64,000 bases of DNA from Minisyncoccota bacterium (GTDB lineage Bacteria; Patescibacteriota; Minisyncoccia; Phycocordibacterales; UBA9973), in NCBI GenBank assembly GCA_031972855.1, contig DALYDY010000001.1:128048-192047 (forward strand). The letters run 5' to 3'. Shown piece after piece: positions 27,240-35,689 of this stretch; position 1 is the stretch's first letter; each line of letters opens with the position of its first letter. Position numbers and translations under genes: made by a program. The notes under the pieces are model-generated. The model was not told where the DNA came from, ran no database searches, and was given only the letters and a program-made list of their open reading frames with translations.

Positions 27240-27326
27240 CGGAGGCGGGGGGATTCGAACTCCCGGACCCCGTAAAGGGTCTCCTGTTTTCAAGACAGGT
27301 GCCTTCAACCACTCAGCCACACCTCC
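27240..27326 (-). tRNA. tRNA-Ser (anticodon TGA), type II with long variable arm; no encoded CCA
   Basis: Minus strand: GGAGGTG acceptor, D arm, anticodon stem CCTGT / loop CTTGAAA, variable arm AGACCCTTTACGGGGTCC, T arm GGGAG-TTCGAAT-CCCCC (one A-C mismatch), CGCCTCC + G. Confidence 0.8.
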
Positions 27327-27417
27327 ATGTATATTACGTTTTTGGTTGAACGTTTAAGTACTATATCAAAAATATGACAAGAGAGCAATATTCAAAATAC
27401 TATGATAGGATATCTAT

Positions 27418-27840
27418 ATGAAGTCTTTAGGAATTGATTATGGAACAAAAAAGGTTGGTTTTGCTATGTCTGACAATGATGGTATTATGGCTTTTCCTTT
27501 AAAAATAATAAAAAATGATGAAAATTTAATAAAAAATATTTTAGATATAATTAGTGAAAATAATATAGAAATAATATTTGTCGGTAAGTCTATTTCGCAA
27601 ACAGGGGAGAATAATAATGTTCAAAAAGATATTGAAAAGTTTCTAGAAAGATTAAAAGAAGAAATAAATATACCAATCAAGACTGTCATAGAATCTTTTA
27701 CTAGTAGTCATTCCAGATATGGTTCTGATAAAAGTTCTTTTAATGATAGGAAGACAAAACAATTAAATGATGGACTTGTAGATGCAAAAGCTGCAACACT
27801 TATTTTACAGAGAGGTTTAGAAACTATTAAAAATTTATAA
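27418..27840 (+). CDS. ruvX: Putative pre-16S rRNA nuclease / Holliday junction resolvase-like protein YqgF (RuvX)
   Basis: MKSLGIDYGTKKVGFAMSD N-terminal RNase H-like motif; 140 aa. Confidence 0.75.
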   Translation: MKSLGIDYGTKKVGFAMSDNDGIMAFPLKIIKNDENLIKNILDIISENNIEIIFVGKSISQTGENNNVQKDIEKFLERLKEEINIPIKTVIESFTSSHSRYGSDKSSFNDRKTKQLNDGLVDAKAATLILQRGLETIKNL

Positions 27841-27853
27841 TTTAAAAAATAAT

Positions 27854-28195
27854 ATGATAACAATTGATGATTTTGCAAAATTAGAAATAAAATTAGGAAA
27901 AATTTTGAGCGCAGAGCTTGTGGAAGGTTCTGATAAATTAGTTTTATTTAATATTGATCTTGGAGAAGAAACAGGTCCAAGACAAATCCTCTCTGGCGTG
28001 CGTGCTTATTTTCCAGACGAGCAAATGTTGGTAGGGAAGACTGTTCCTGTTATTGCAAACCTAGAACCTAGAACAATTAGAGGACATATTTCAAATGGAA
28101 TGATTTTGTATGGAATACAAAAAGATGAAGAGGGTGAAATTCTAACGACTCTTGAACCAAATAAAGAATTACTTCCTGGATCTTTGGTTAGTTAA
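27854..28195 (+). CDS. tRNA-binding protein (CsaA/Trbp111, EMAP-like OB-fold)
   Basis: IDDFAKLEIKLGKILSAELVEGSDKL...RQILSGVRAYF...PVIANLEPRTIRGHISNGMIL matches the Myf/EMAP tRNA-binding domain. Confidence 0.75.
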   Translation: MITIDDFAKLEIKLGKILSAELVEGSDKLVLFNIDLGEETGPRQILSGVRAYFPDEQMLVGKTVPVIANLEPRTIRGHISNGMILYGIQKDEEGEILTTLEPNKELLPGSLVS

Positions 28196-28197
28196 TT

Positions 28198-28242
28198 AAA
28201 ACCCCGCGAGACAATAAAATTTTATTGTCTCGCGGGGTTTTT
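28198..28242 (+). terminator. Strong rho-independent terminator
   Basis: aaaaccccgcgagacaataaaattttattgtctcgcggggttttt. Confidence 0.8.
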
Positions 28243-28292
28243 CATTACTTTCTCTTTAGAATAAAAAATTTAATTGCTATAATAAAAGAGTA

Positions 28293-29921
28293 ATGCGAAA
28301 TATTTTTGCAAAACTTTTTAACCCTCCTTCATATTTAAAAATGCCTTCAGTTGGTGTTGATATTTCAGATAGGTCTATAAGATTTGTAGAATTTAAAGAG
28401 GATTATTTGGGTAACAAAAAACTGGCTCGTTATGGCCTAAAAGATATAGAAGCAGGAATAATATCAAATGGTAAAGTTTTAGATAGAGAAAAGCTGATAA
28501 AAATTTTAAATCAAATTAAAAAAGACTACAAATTGTCTTTCGTTAGAGCTTCTATACCAGAAGAGCAAGTGTATTTGTTTTCTATACAGATTCCAAAAGT
28601 TAAAGAAAACAATATAAGAGAGACTATTGAACTCTTACTAGAAGAACATGTTCCAATTCCTGCTAATGAAATAGTTTTTGACTATCAAATTATAAGCGAA
28701 TTAGAAAATAATTATAATATTGAAGTTACTGCTGTATCTACAAAAATAGTTGAAGATTATGCAGCAATATTTGAGGAAGCAGGACTGACTCTTGTTGGTT
28801 TTGAACTTGAAGCTCAGTCAATAACTAGATCTATTATAAAAACAGGAGACTCTGGTACTTATATGGTCGTTGATTATGGTAATACTCGTACAGGACTTTC
28901 GTTTGTTGTTGATGGTATTGTGAGGTTTGCGTCTTCTGTAGATATTGGTAGCTCTATGCAAGATAAGGAATTATCTAGAGCTCTTTCTCTTGATGTAAAA
29001 ATAATAGAAGAATTAAAGAAAAAAAATGGCTTACTAAAAACCAATAAAGACGAGGCTTTTTTCCAAGCAATATTAAGTGAGACAGCACTTCTTCGTGATG
29101 AAATAAATAAACACTTTATTTATTGGCATACACACAAAGACGACTTTGGTGAAGTTAGACCTCCTGTTGATAAGATTCTTTTGTGTGGAGGAAATGCAAA
29201 TCTTATAGGTCTTCCGGAATACTTGTCTTCATCTTTACGTGTACCTGTTATGCATTCTGATGTTTGGATAAATATTACAAACAGAACAAAATATATTCCA
29301 CCTCTAGAAAGAGGGCCGGCTTTGTCTTACCCAACAGCAATAGGTCTAGCTCTTGCTGAAGATAATTCTCTTGTTAATTTGCTCCCTCTGAATTTTCAAA
29401 AGACACTAAAGAAAATACTCTTTCTAAGGTTTGCAAACTTATTTGTTATATCTTTATCAGTCTCTTTTTTACTTGGAACAATACTTTTAATTCCAACATA
29501 TATTATTGGAAATGAAAGATTGTTGGACTTAGAATCAAAAATATCACTTCAAGATAAAACACAATTAAATCAACAAGAATCAATTGTTTTAACTGATACA
29601 GAAGATATAGTTTCTAAATTAAAAATATTCCCCGATGGAGATATACAAAATAATTCATTTGTATCTGGGGTTATTATTCCTATAACTGAAAAGTCTAAAA
29701 ATACTGTAAATATAAATTCAATATTATATGAATATAGAACAAACAAAGAAGATATAAATATAAAGATTTCAGGAAAAGCTTCCACAAGAAATATTCTTGC
29801 TACTTTTGAGCAAAACTTAAATAAAAGTGAATTATTTAAAAAAGTAAATTTACCAATATCTAATTTCGTAAAAGGAAAAGATATTGATTTTACTATAGAT
29901 GGACTTATTACATATGAATAA
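28293..29921 (+). CDS. Type IV pilus assembly protein PilM-PilN fusion
   Basis: N-terminal actin-like ATPase-fold PilM region (VGVDISDRSIRFVEF...), central TM helix (LFVISLSVSFLLGTILLI), C-terminal PilN-like periplasmic region; 542 aa. Confidence 0.6.
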   Translation: MRNIFAKLFNPPSYLKMPSVGVDISDRSIRFVEFKEDYLGNKKLARYGLKDIEAGIISNGKVLDREKLIKILNQIKKDYKLSFVRASIPEEQVYLFSIQIPKVKENNIRETIELLLEEHVPIPANEIVFDYQIISELENNYNIEVTAVSTKIVEDYAAIFEEAGLTLVGFELEAQSITRSIIKTGDSGTYMVVDYGNTRTGLSFVVDGIVRFASSVDIGSSMQDKELSRALSLDVKIIEELKKKNGLLKTNKDEAFFQAILSETALLRDEINKHFIYWHTHKDDFGEVRPPVDKILLCGGNANLIGLPEYLSSSLRVPVMHSDVWINITNRTKYIPPLERGPALSYPTAIGLALAEDNSLVNLLPLNFQKTLKKILFLRFANLFVISLSVSFLLGTILLIPTYIIGNERLLDLESKISLQDKTQLNQQESIVLTDTEDIVSKLKIFPDGDIQNNSFVSGVIIPITEKSKNTVNINSILYEYRTNKEDINIKISGKASTRNILATFEQNLNKSELFKKVNLPISNFVKGKDIDFTIDGLITYE

Positions 29922-30489
29922 TAAAATAATTAAAAACACCATAGCGACTTTAATTGTTTCATTTATATTGATGGTTTTGTGTATTTTGTTGTTTGTTTTT
30001 AGTATTTCAAAAATAAAAAAAATATCAAACAATATTCTAAAAGCACAAGAAGATATAGCCTCCCTAAAAGATATCTCAGGTAGAATGATAGCTTTGTCTC
30101 GTTCACAAAATTCTCTTAAAGAAGCTCATGATAAATTGGATGTTTATTATATAACTGAAAATAGTGTCCCTGATTTTTTGAGTGAAATAGAAAATTATGG
30201 AAAATCAATCAATACTTCTGTAGACTTTCAAATGATTGATAAAAATAATACAAAATCTAATTCAATAACAATTAAAATAAATGCAGAAGGGAATTTTAAG
30301 TCAATTCTTAATTTTACAAATTATTTAGAAACTCTTCCTTACTATACAAAATTCAATCGCGTATTTTTAGTTTCAAAGCCAATAGAAAATATTGTTGTCG
30401 ATCCAAAATCAAAAACCCCAACATTGTCTAATATTTGGAAAGCAGAATATTCACTAGAAGTTTTAAGTTTTATTCCTACTAAAAATTAA
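29899..30489 (+). CDS. PilO-like bitopic membrane protein (pilus alignment subcomplex)
   Basis: N-terminal TM anchor then coiled-coil/ferredoxin-like region; overlaps the pilM/N stop; 196 aa. Weak. Confidence 0.35.
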   Translation: MDLLHMNNKIIKNTIATLIVSFILMVLCILLFVFSISKIKKISNNILKAQEDIASLKDISGRMIALSRSQNSLKEAHDKLDVYYITENSVPDFLSEIENYGKSINTSVDFQMIDKNNTKSNSITIKINAEGNFKSILNFTNYLETLPYYTKFNRVFLVSKPIENIVVDPKSKTPTLSNIWKAEYSLEVLSFIPTKN

Positions 30490-30491
30490 TT

Positions 30492-30806
30492 ATGCAAATA
30501 AATAATCTTCTAAAAAATCCAATAAAATTTCACAAGAGAAATCCTCTAGCTATTGTTTTTAATGTTTGGTACTTGATATTGTCCATGTTCTTAGTGTTGT
30601 CAGTATTTATTGGAATTTATGCTAAAAATTTATTTGATAGTGTAAATAATTCTGTTTATGAAGGAAATCCAAATCAAATAATAAGAACAGATAAAGATGT
30701 CTCTTATGAAAAAATAAACAATATAGAAAAGTTTTTTAATAATAGAAAAGAAAATTTTCCATCGGTAAATAGTATAATCAATACAGTAGGGGATCCTTCT
30801 TTGTAA
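30492..30806 (+). CDS. Hypothetical bitopic membrane protein (possibly pilus-associated)
   Basis: Single TM helix, 104 aa, same operon. Confidence 0.3.
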   Translation: MQINNLLKNPIKFHKRNPLAIVFNVWYLILSMFLVLSVFIGIYAKNLFDSVNNSVYEGNPNQIIRTDKDVSYEKINNIEKFFNNRKENFPSVNSIINTVGDPSL

Positions 30807-30818
30807 GAAAGTAGTTTG

Positions 30819-30890
30819 TGCCCTCGCGAGGAATCGAACCTCGAATAACGGCTTAGAAGTCCGCAGTTATATCCATTTAACTACAAGGGC
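30819..30890 (-). tRNA. tRNA-Arg (anticodon TCT); no encoded CCA
   Basis: Minus strand: GCCCTTG acceptor, D arm GTTA-AATGGATA-TAAC, anticodon loop CTTCTAA, T arm CGAGG-TTCGATT-CCTCG, CGAGGGC + A. Confidence 0.8.
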
Positions 30891-31086
30891 GTATTAGGTT
30901 TTATAAACTTAGTGTGTTCATATTTCTTACCACTACAAGGTCTTATATATTTATATATAACACATAATTTACATGTAGTATTGCTATCTTATCAAATATA
31001 GATAATTTAATAAAGTATTTCTAAATATTGTATTTTTTATAAAATTATTGTAATATAACCCTATTGGATACAAATGTTTCCTTTTT

Positions 31087-31159
31087 GGGCGATTAGCTCA
31101 GTTGGTAGAGCAACGCTTTTACACAGCGAAGGTCAGAGGTTCGAGTCCTCTATCGCCCA
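31087..31159 (+). tRNA. tRNA-Val (anticodon TAC); no encoded CCA
   Basis: GGGCGAT-TA-GCTC-AGTTGGTA-GAGC-A-ACGCT-TTTACAC-AGCGA-AGGTC-AGAGG-TTCGAGT-CCTCT-ATCGCCC-A. Confidence 0.85.
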
Positions 31160-31302
31160 CAAAATCAAAAACCTCATTCTGAAAGAATGAGGTTTTTGAT
31201 TTTTGAGGTAAATAGGGGATGAGAAAGACGGAGGCGCGAAGCCGGTTTTGTAAAAACCGTTGCCGAGTCGGGGTCGATAAATTTTAAAAAAATATTAGTG
31301 AC

Positions 31303-31325
31303 CGAGTCCTCTATCGCCCACAAAA
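31303..31325 (+). repeat. Direct repeat of the last 23 nt of tRNA-Val plus its trailer (cgagtcctctatcgcccacaaaa), 161 bp downstream of the tRNA
   Basis: Identical 23-mer at 31142-31164 and 31303-31325; each copy is followed by its own hairpin terminator. Confidence 0.8.
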
Positions 31326-31366
31326 ACAAAAACTCACTCTTCTGGAGTGAGTTTTTGTTTTAATAT

Positions 31367-31843
31367 CTATTCATTATTTAAAACAATAGTGTCTGCAATT
31401 AAGTCGTGTAATGCTTGTTTATTTTTTGTAAAAAAGTATATAAGCCACCCAATATAAAAAGGTATAAATCTTGTAACTATTTTTGAAAACTCTCTTTTGA
31501 AAGATTGTGTCTTTTTTATTTTATTTCCTTCAAAGTCTGTTACATGAATATTTAGAATATGTTTTCCAAGTGTTCCGCTATGTTCTTTTGAATTCATTAT
31601 TGCATTATAGATAACATTTAATATTATAAATAAAAATATAGAAACTAGAACATATAAATAACTTACTCCGTGAATAATTTTCATTATTATCGAAGTAATT
31701 CCAAAAGAAATAATAATTATAGTTATGTCGTCTATGAGTATTGCAAGTGCTCTTTTCCAAAAAGGTGCAAAATTTTTCTCTAAACTAGAATGTATTTCCA
31801 AGGGTTGTATTTCTGGAATAATTTGTGATTCTTTGTTTTCCAT
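31367..31843 (-). CDS. RDD-family membrane protein
   Basis: RALAILIDDITII motif (RDD) and 3 TM helices. Confidence 0.5.
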   Translation of the reverse strand: MENKESQIIPEIQPLEIHSSLEKNFAPFWKRALAILIDDITIIIISFGITSIIMKIIHGVSYLYVLVSIFLFIILNVIYNAIMNSKEHSGTLGKHILNIHVTDFEGNKIKKTQSFKREFSKIVTRFIPFYIGWLIYFFTKNKQALHDLIADTIVLNNE

Positions 31844-31884
31844 ATTGTTTTATATGAGTTATTGCTGTATTGTAACATTAACAC

Positions 31885-32649
31885 ATGGGAAATATCAAAA
31901 CACCAAAAATAATATACGAAGACGATCTCGTGCTGGTTATAGATAAACCGGCAGGTTTGATAGTTCATGCAGATGGCAAAAGAGAGCAAGAAACACTTGT
32001 TGATTGGTTGCTTGAAAATCGCCCAGAACTAAAAGATATTGGAGAACAAATGGTTGTAAAAAAAGATGGGGAAGACTTCATTATTCCAAGACCAGGTATT
32101 ATGCATCGTTTAGACAAAGAAACATCTGGTGTAATGATTATTGCAAAAACAGATGCAATGTTTAAGTTTTTAAAAAGACAATTTTTTGAACACACAATTA
32201 AGAAAACTTATCGCGCTTTTGTGTACGGACACTTATCAAACGATATTGGAATGATTGATGCTCCAATAGGAAGAAGTTCTACTGATATTCGTATGTGGAA
32301 TGCTGGACGTGGAGCTCGTGGTGAGAGAAGGGAAGCCAAGACTCGTTATAGAGTTCTTTCTCGTTTTATTGATCCAGAAAGCAATGAAAAAGTTAGTGAA
32401 ATTGAAGCATATCCTCAAACAGGGAGAACACATCAAATTCGTGTTCACTTTAAGTTTATAAATCATCCAATTGTCTCTGATTTCTTGTATTCCCAAAACA
32501 AACCAAAACTACTTGGTTTTGATAGGGTAGCATTACACGCCTATTCTCTAGAAGTGGCTTTTCCAGGGGGAGAAAGGAAGACTTTTAATGTAGAACCACC
32601 AGAAGATTTCAAAAAAGCTGAAGAACTTGCAAAAGCCCTAAAAATGTGA
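31885..32649 (+). CDS. RluA-family pseudouridine synthase
   Basis: HRLDKETSGVMIIAKTD catalytic-Asp motif, IVHADGKREQ; 254 aa. Confidence 0.8.
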   Translation: MGNIKTPKIIYEDDLVLVIDKPAGLIVHADGKREQETLVDWLLENRPELKDIGEQMVVKKDGEDFIIPRPGIMHRLDKETSGVMIIAKTDAMFKFLKRQFFEHTIKKTYRAFVYGHLSNDIGMIDAPIGRSSTDIRMWNAGRGARGERREAKTRYRVLSRFIDPESNEKVSEIEAYPQTGRTHQIRVHFKFINHPIVSDFLYSQNKPKLLGFDRVALHAYSLEVAFPGGERKTFNVEPPEDFKKAEELAKALKM

Positions 32650-32665
32650 TACATTCACTCTACTT

Positions 32666-33106
32666 ATGGCAACAGAAAATATTAGCTTTTCTCCTACAGT
32701 AAATGTAGAAGAACGCAAAAAAATCAATATAAAAGCAGGAGACACTGTTCGTGTTTGGAATAAAATCCAAGAAAAAGGAAAAACACGTCTACAGGCTTTC
32801 GAAGGACTAGTTCTTGCTCGCAAACACGGTACAGAAGCAGGTGCAACTTTTACAGTTCGCAAAGTTTCTAATGGTGTTGGTGTAGAACGTATTTTCCCTC
32901 TATATTCTCCAAGTATCGACAGAATAGAAATCTTGAAGAAATCAAGTGTTCGTCGTTCAAAACTATACTTTATTCGTGAAAAAGCTGTTAAGGAAGTTGC
33001 AAAACGTCTAAAAAGTGTGGTTGTTGCTTTTCAAAAAGGAAAACCTGTTGAAGAAGAATTGATTGAAGCAGAAACAGAAGAAAATACTTCAGAAAATGCA
33101 GAATAG
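32666..33106 (+). CDS. rplS: 50S ribosomal protein L19 (with C-terminal acidic extension)
   Basis: GDTVRVWNKIQEKGKTRLQAFEGLVLARKHG...TFTVRKVSNGVGVERIFPLYSP...RRSKLYFIR. Confidence 0.85.
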   Translation: MATENISFSPTVNVEERKKINIKAGDTVRVWNKIQEKGKTRLQAFEGLVLARKHGTEAGATFTVRKVSNGVGVERIFPLYSPSIDRIEILKKSSVRRSKLYFIREKAVKEVAKRLKSVVVAFQKGKPVEEELIEAETEENTSENAE

Positions 33107-33109
33107 TTA

Positions 33110-33152
33110 AAAAGAAAAGTGCGTCCCGTTCGGGACGCACTTTTCTTTTTAA
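33110..33152 (+). terminator. Rho-independent terminator after rplS
   Basis: aaaagaaaagtgcgtcccgttcgggacgcacttttcttttt. Confidence 0.8.
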
Positions 33153-33202
33153 ATTTTTTCAGCTTGAAATAAACACTATTTTAATGTATATTGTCAGCAT
33201 AT

Positions 33203-33286
33203 GCGCAGGTGGCGAAACTGGTAGACGCACTACCTTGAGGTGGTAGCGCCCGCAAGGGCATGGAAGTTCAAGTCTTCTCTTGCGCA
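33203..33286 (+). tRNA. tRNA-Leu (anticodon GAG), type II; no encoded CCA
   Basis: GCGCAGG acceptor, 3-bp D stem with AAACTGGTAGA loop, anticodon stem CTACC / loop TTGAGGT, long variable arm CGCCCGCAAGGGCAT, T arm GGAAG-TTCAAGT-CTTCT, CTTGCGC + A. Confidence 0.8.
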
Positions 33287-33367
33287 CATAAACTCTTAAG
33301 CCCGGCTCTAGTAGAGTTGGGCTTTTGATTTTTCTCTATATTTTATGTATTTGTTATAATTAAAAAC

Positions 33368-33949
33368 ATGATTATAAGACCAAAATCAAAACAACCAATA
33401 CCGGAAAATGCTACAAAAGTATTTAAAGGTAAGATATTTGATGTTTATCAATGGGAACAAAAAATGTTTGATGGAAGTGTTTCTGTTTTTGAAAAGATAA
33501 AACGTCCAGACACTGTCTTGGTTTTACCTGTGTTAGATAATGGGAATATTATAATTGCCGAAGAAGAACAACCTGGTGCTGAAATGGTTATACAAGCTAT
33601 TGGGGGAAGAGTAGAAGAAGGAGAGGATGTTTTAGATGCTATAAAGAGAGAATTATTAGAAGAGAGTGGGTATGAAGCATCTAAATTTATTCTTTGGAAG
33701 GCTTTTCAGCCAGAGACAAAGACAGATAGAGCAATTTATTTTTTTATAGCAAAAGGTTTAATAAAGGTTGGTGAAAATTCGATAGATAATGGTGAAAAAA
33801 TATCTTTAAAAGAAATTACATTTGATGAATTATTAAAACTTGCTTATGATATGAAATTAGGAGACAAAGAAATAGTACCTGATTTATTAAAAGCCTCTAT
33901 TGATCAAGATTTGAAAGAAGAATTAATAAAATTATTTAGCCCAAATTAA
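33368..33949 (+). CDS. NUDIX hydrolase
   Basis: Nudix box GGRVEEGEDVLDAIKRELLEESG. Confidence 0.75.
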   Translation: MIIRPKSKQPIPENATKVFKGKIFDVYQWEQKMFDGSVSVFEKIKRPDTVLVLPVLDNGNIIIAEEEQPGAEMVIQAIGGRVEEGEDVLDAIKRELLEESGYEASKFILWKAFQPETKTDRAIYFFIAKGLIKVGENSIDNGEKISLKEITFDELLKLAYDMKLGDKEIVPDLLKASIDQDLKEELIKLFSPN

Positions 33950-33989
33950 TTTTTGAAAACATCGTATATTTTGATACTATATAAAAATA

Positions 33990-34988
33990 ATGAATATAAA
34001 TTTTTTGTTTGGAATACTTTTCTCGCTTGTAGGACTTTTAATAGCCCTGTATTTATTCCGTAAAAAGAAAGCATTACAAAAGCCCTTTTGTCCTCTTCGT
34101 GCCGATTGTCATACTGTAATACAAAGTAACTATGCTTCAATGTTTGGTGTACCTTTGGAATATTTTGGGATAGGGTATTATCTTTTGTCTGCTATTTTAT
34201 ACGCAACACCTTTTGCTTTTAATTTTTTAGATATTGTATTACTTAAAACAATTCTTATTGCACTTTCTGTTGTTGGAGCAATTTTTTCAATATATCTAAT
34301 AGCTCTCCAGGCTTTTGTTATTAAGTCTTGGTGTTCTTGGTGTGTTTTGTCAGCCACAATATCAATCATACTTTTTATAATATCTTCTATATCTCTAACT
34401 CCTGAAGTCTTCGCTCTCATCGCTTCATTTAAAAGATTTATAATTATTATTCATGTTCTTGCTGTTGTTATTGGAATGGGAAGTGCTTTTGTTACTGATA
34501 GACTTTTCTTTAAGTTTTTGAAAGATTACAAAATTTCAGAAGAAGAAAAAAACATTATGGACGAAGTTTCAAAAGTGATTTGGTACTCCCTTTTTGTTGT
34601 AATTATTTCTGGAATATTTATCTATATGACAAATATGGAAGGGTATAACAACTCTCCAAAATTTTGGGTAAAAATGATAGCTGTTTTGGTTGTTACAATA
34701 AATGGTATATTTTTGAATGTTGTTATTTCTCCAAAACTTATATCTATTAATTTTTTGAATGAAGTGCCGTTCTCAAGAGATATATCTAAGAAAAGAAAAC
34801 TCGCATTTGCTCTCGGTGCAATATCTTTATCTTCTTGGCTTACAGCATTTTGTCTTGCTATGTTAAAAAATCTGCCTTATAATCTCTTTGAAATTTTTGG
34901 TGCATATTTCGTAATTTTAGTTTTAGCTATTTTAGGTAGTCAGGTTTTCGAATATGTATTATCAAATAAAAAAATAAATATTTCATAA
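33990..34988 (+). CDS. Vitamin K epoxide reductase (VKOR)-family membrane protein with an extra C-terminal multi-TM domain
   Basis: Loop cysteines CPLRADC and TM active-site CSWC, in a ~9-TM 332-aa protein. Confidence 0.6.
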   Translation: MNINFLFGILFSLVGLLIALYLFRKKKALQKPFCPLRADCHTVIQSNYASMFGVPLEYFGIGYYLLSAILYATPFAFNFLDIVLLKTILIALSVVGAIFSIYLIALQAFVIKSWCSWCVLSATISIILFIISSISLTPEVFALIASFKRFIIIIHVLAVVIGMGSAFVTDRLFFKFLKDYKISEEEKNIMDEVSKVIWYSLFVVIISGIFIYMTNMEGYNNSPKFWVKMIAVLVVTINGIFLNVVISPKLISINFLNEVPFSRDISKKRKLAFALGAISLSSWLTAFCLAMLKNLPYNLFEIFGAYFVILVLAILGSQVFEYVLSNKKINIS

Positions 34989-34989
34989 T

Positions 34990-35562
34990 ATGCTCTACAC
35001 TGGAAAAGGTGACAAAGGAACAACAAAATTATTCAATACACCAAGTGATGAGCGTATTTCAAAAGGGGATGTTATTTTTGAAGCACTAGGGACTGTTGAT
35101 GAATTGAATGCTTATATAGGATTGTTAAAAGTAAAGGTAGAGAATATGACATTCTTGATGAATCATGAAGAAAAACTCATTTCTCATATTCTTCATACTG
35201 TCCAAGAAAGCCTTTTTGTTGTTCAAGCCGAGCTTGCGGGTGTCCAAATGCATCTTGAAGAAAAGCACACACAAGAACTAAGTGATCTTGTGAACGATAT
35301 AGAAAAAACACTTCCTCCAATTACAACATTTTTTATTTCAGGAGGTACAGAACTCGCAGTTATTTCTGATATAATCCGCACTATTTCGAGAAGATGTGAA
35401 AGGCTTTTGGTTCGAGTTTCTAATCAAAATAAAGAAATTGTGGGGGAATATACGCTTTCTTATATAAACCGTCTCTCAAGTGTGTTTTATGCGTTTTCAC
35501 GCCTGTTTAACCACGAGGCAGGTGTTTCAGATATACCTCCAGGATATAGAAGAGATAAATAG
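34990..35562 (+). CDS. PduO-type ATP:cob(I)alamin (corrinoid) adenosyltransferase
   Basis: MLYTGKGDKGTT...ISKGDVIFEALGTVDELNAYIG N-terminal signature of the PduO/MMAB family; 190 aa. Confidence 0.7.
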   Translation: MLYTGKGDKGTTKLFNTPSDERISKGDVIFEALGTVDELNAYIGLLKVKVENMTFLMNHEEKLISHILHTVQESLFVVQAELAGVQMHLEEKHTQELSDLVNDIEKTLPPITTFFISGGTELAVISDIIRTISRRCERLLVRVSNQNKEIVGEYTLSYINRLSSVFYAFSRLFNHEAGVSDIPPGYRRDK

Positions 35563-35616
35563 TTGAAAAATACACAGAAATATGGTTTAATCGACAGACA
35601 ATAGAATAATGTAGAT

Positions 35617-35689
35617 GGGGATTATGGTGTAACGGTTAACACTGAGGTTTGTGGAACCTTCAATCTGGGTTCGATTCCCAGTAATCCCC
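35617..35689 (+). tRNA. tRNA-His (anticodon GTG) with encoded G(-1); no encoded CCA
   Basis: G(-1)-GGGATTA-TG-GTGT-AACGGTTA-ACAC-T-GAGGT-TTGTGGA-ACCTT-CAATC-TGGG-TTCGATT-CCCA-GTAATCCC-C. Confidence 0.85.

Noticed and set aside
27013-27357. Three overlapping ORFs from the ORF track (27013..27357 +, 27096..27320 -, 27119..27349 +)
   Set aside because: They overlap the tRNA-Ser(TGA) gene (27240-27326, minus) and a GC-rich hairpin-dense intergenic region. The open frames are explained by GC richness and RNA structure, not coding potential.
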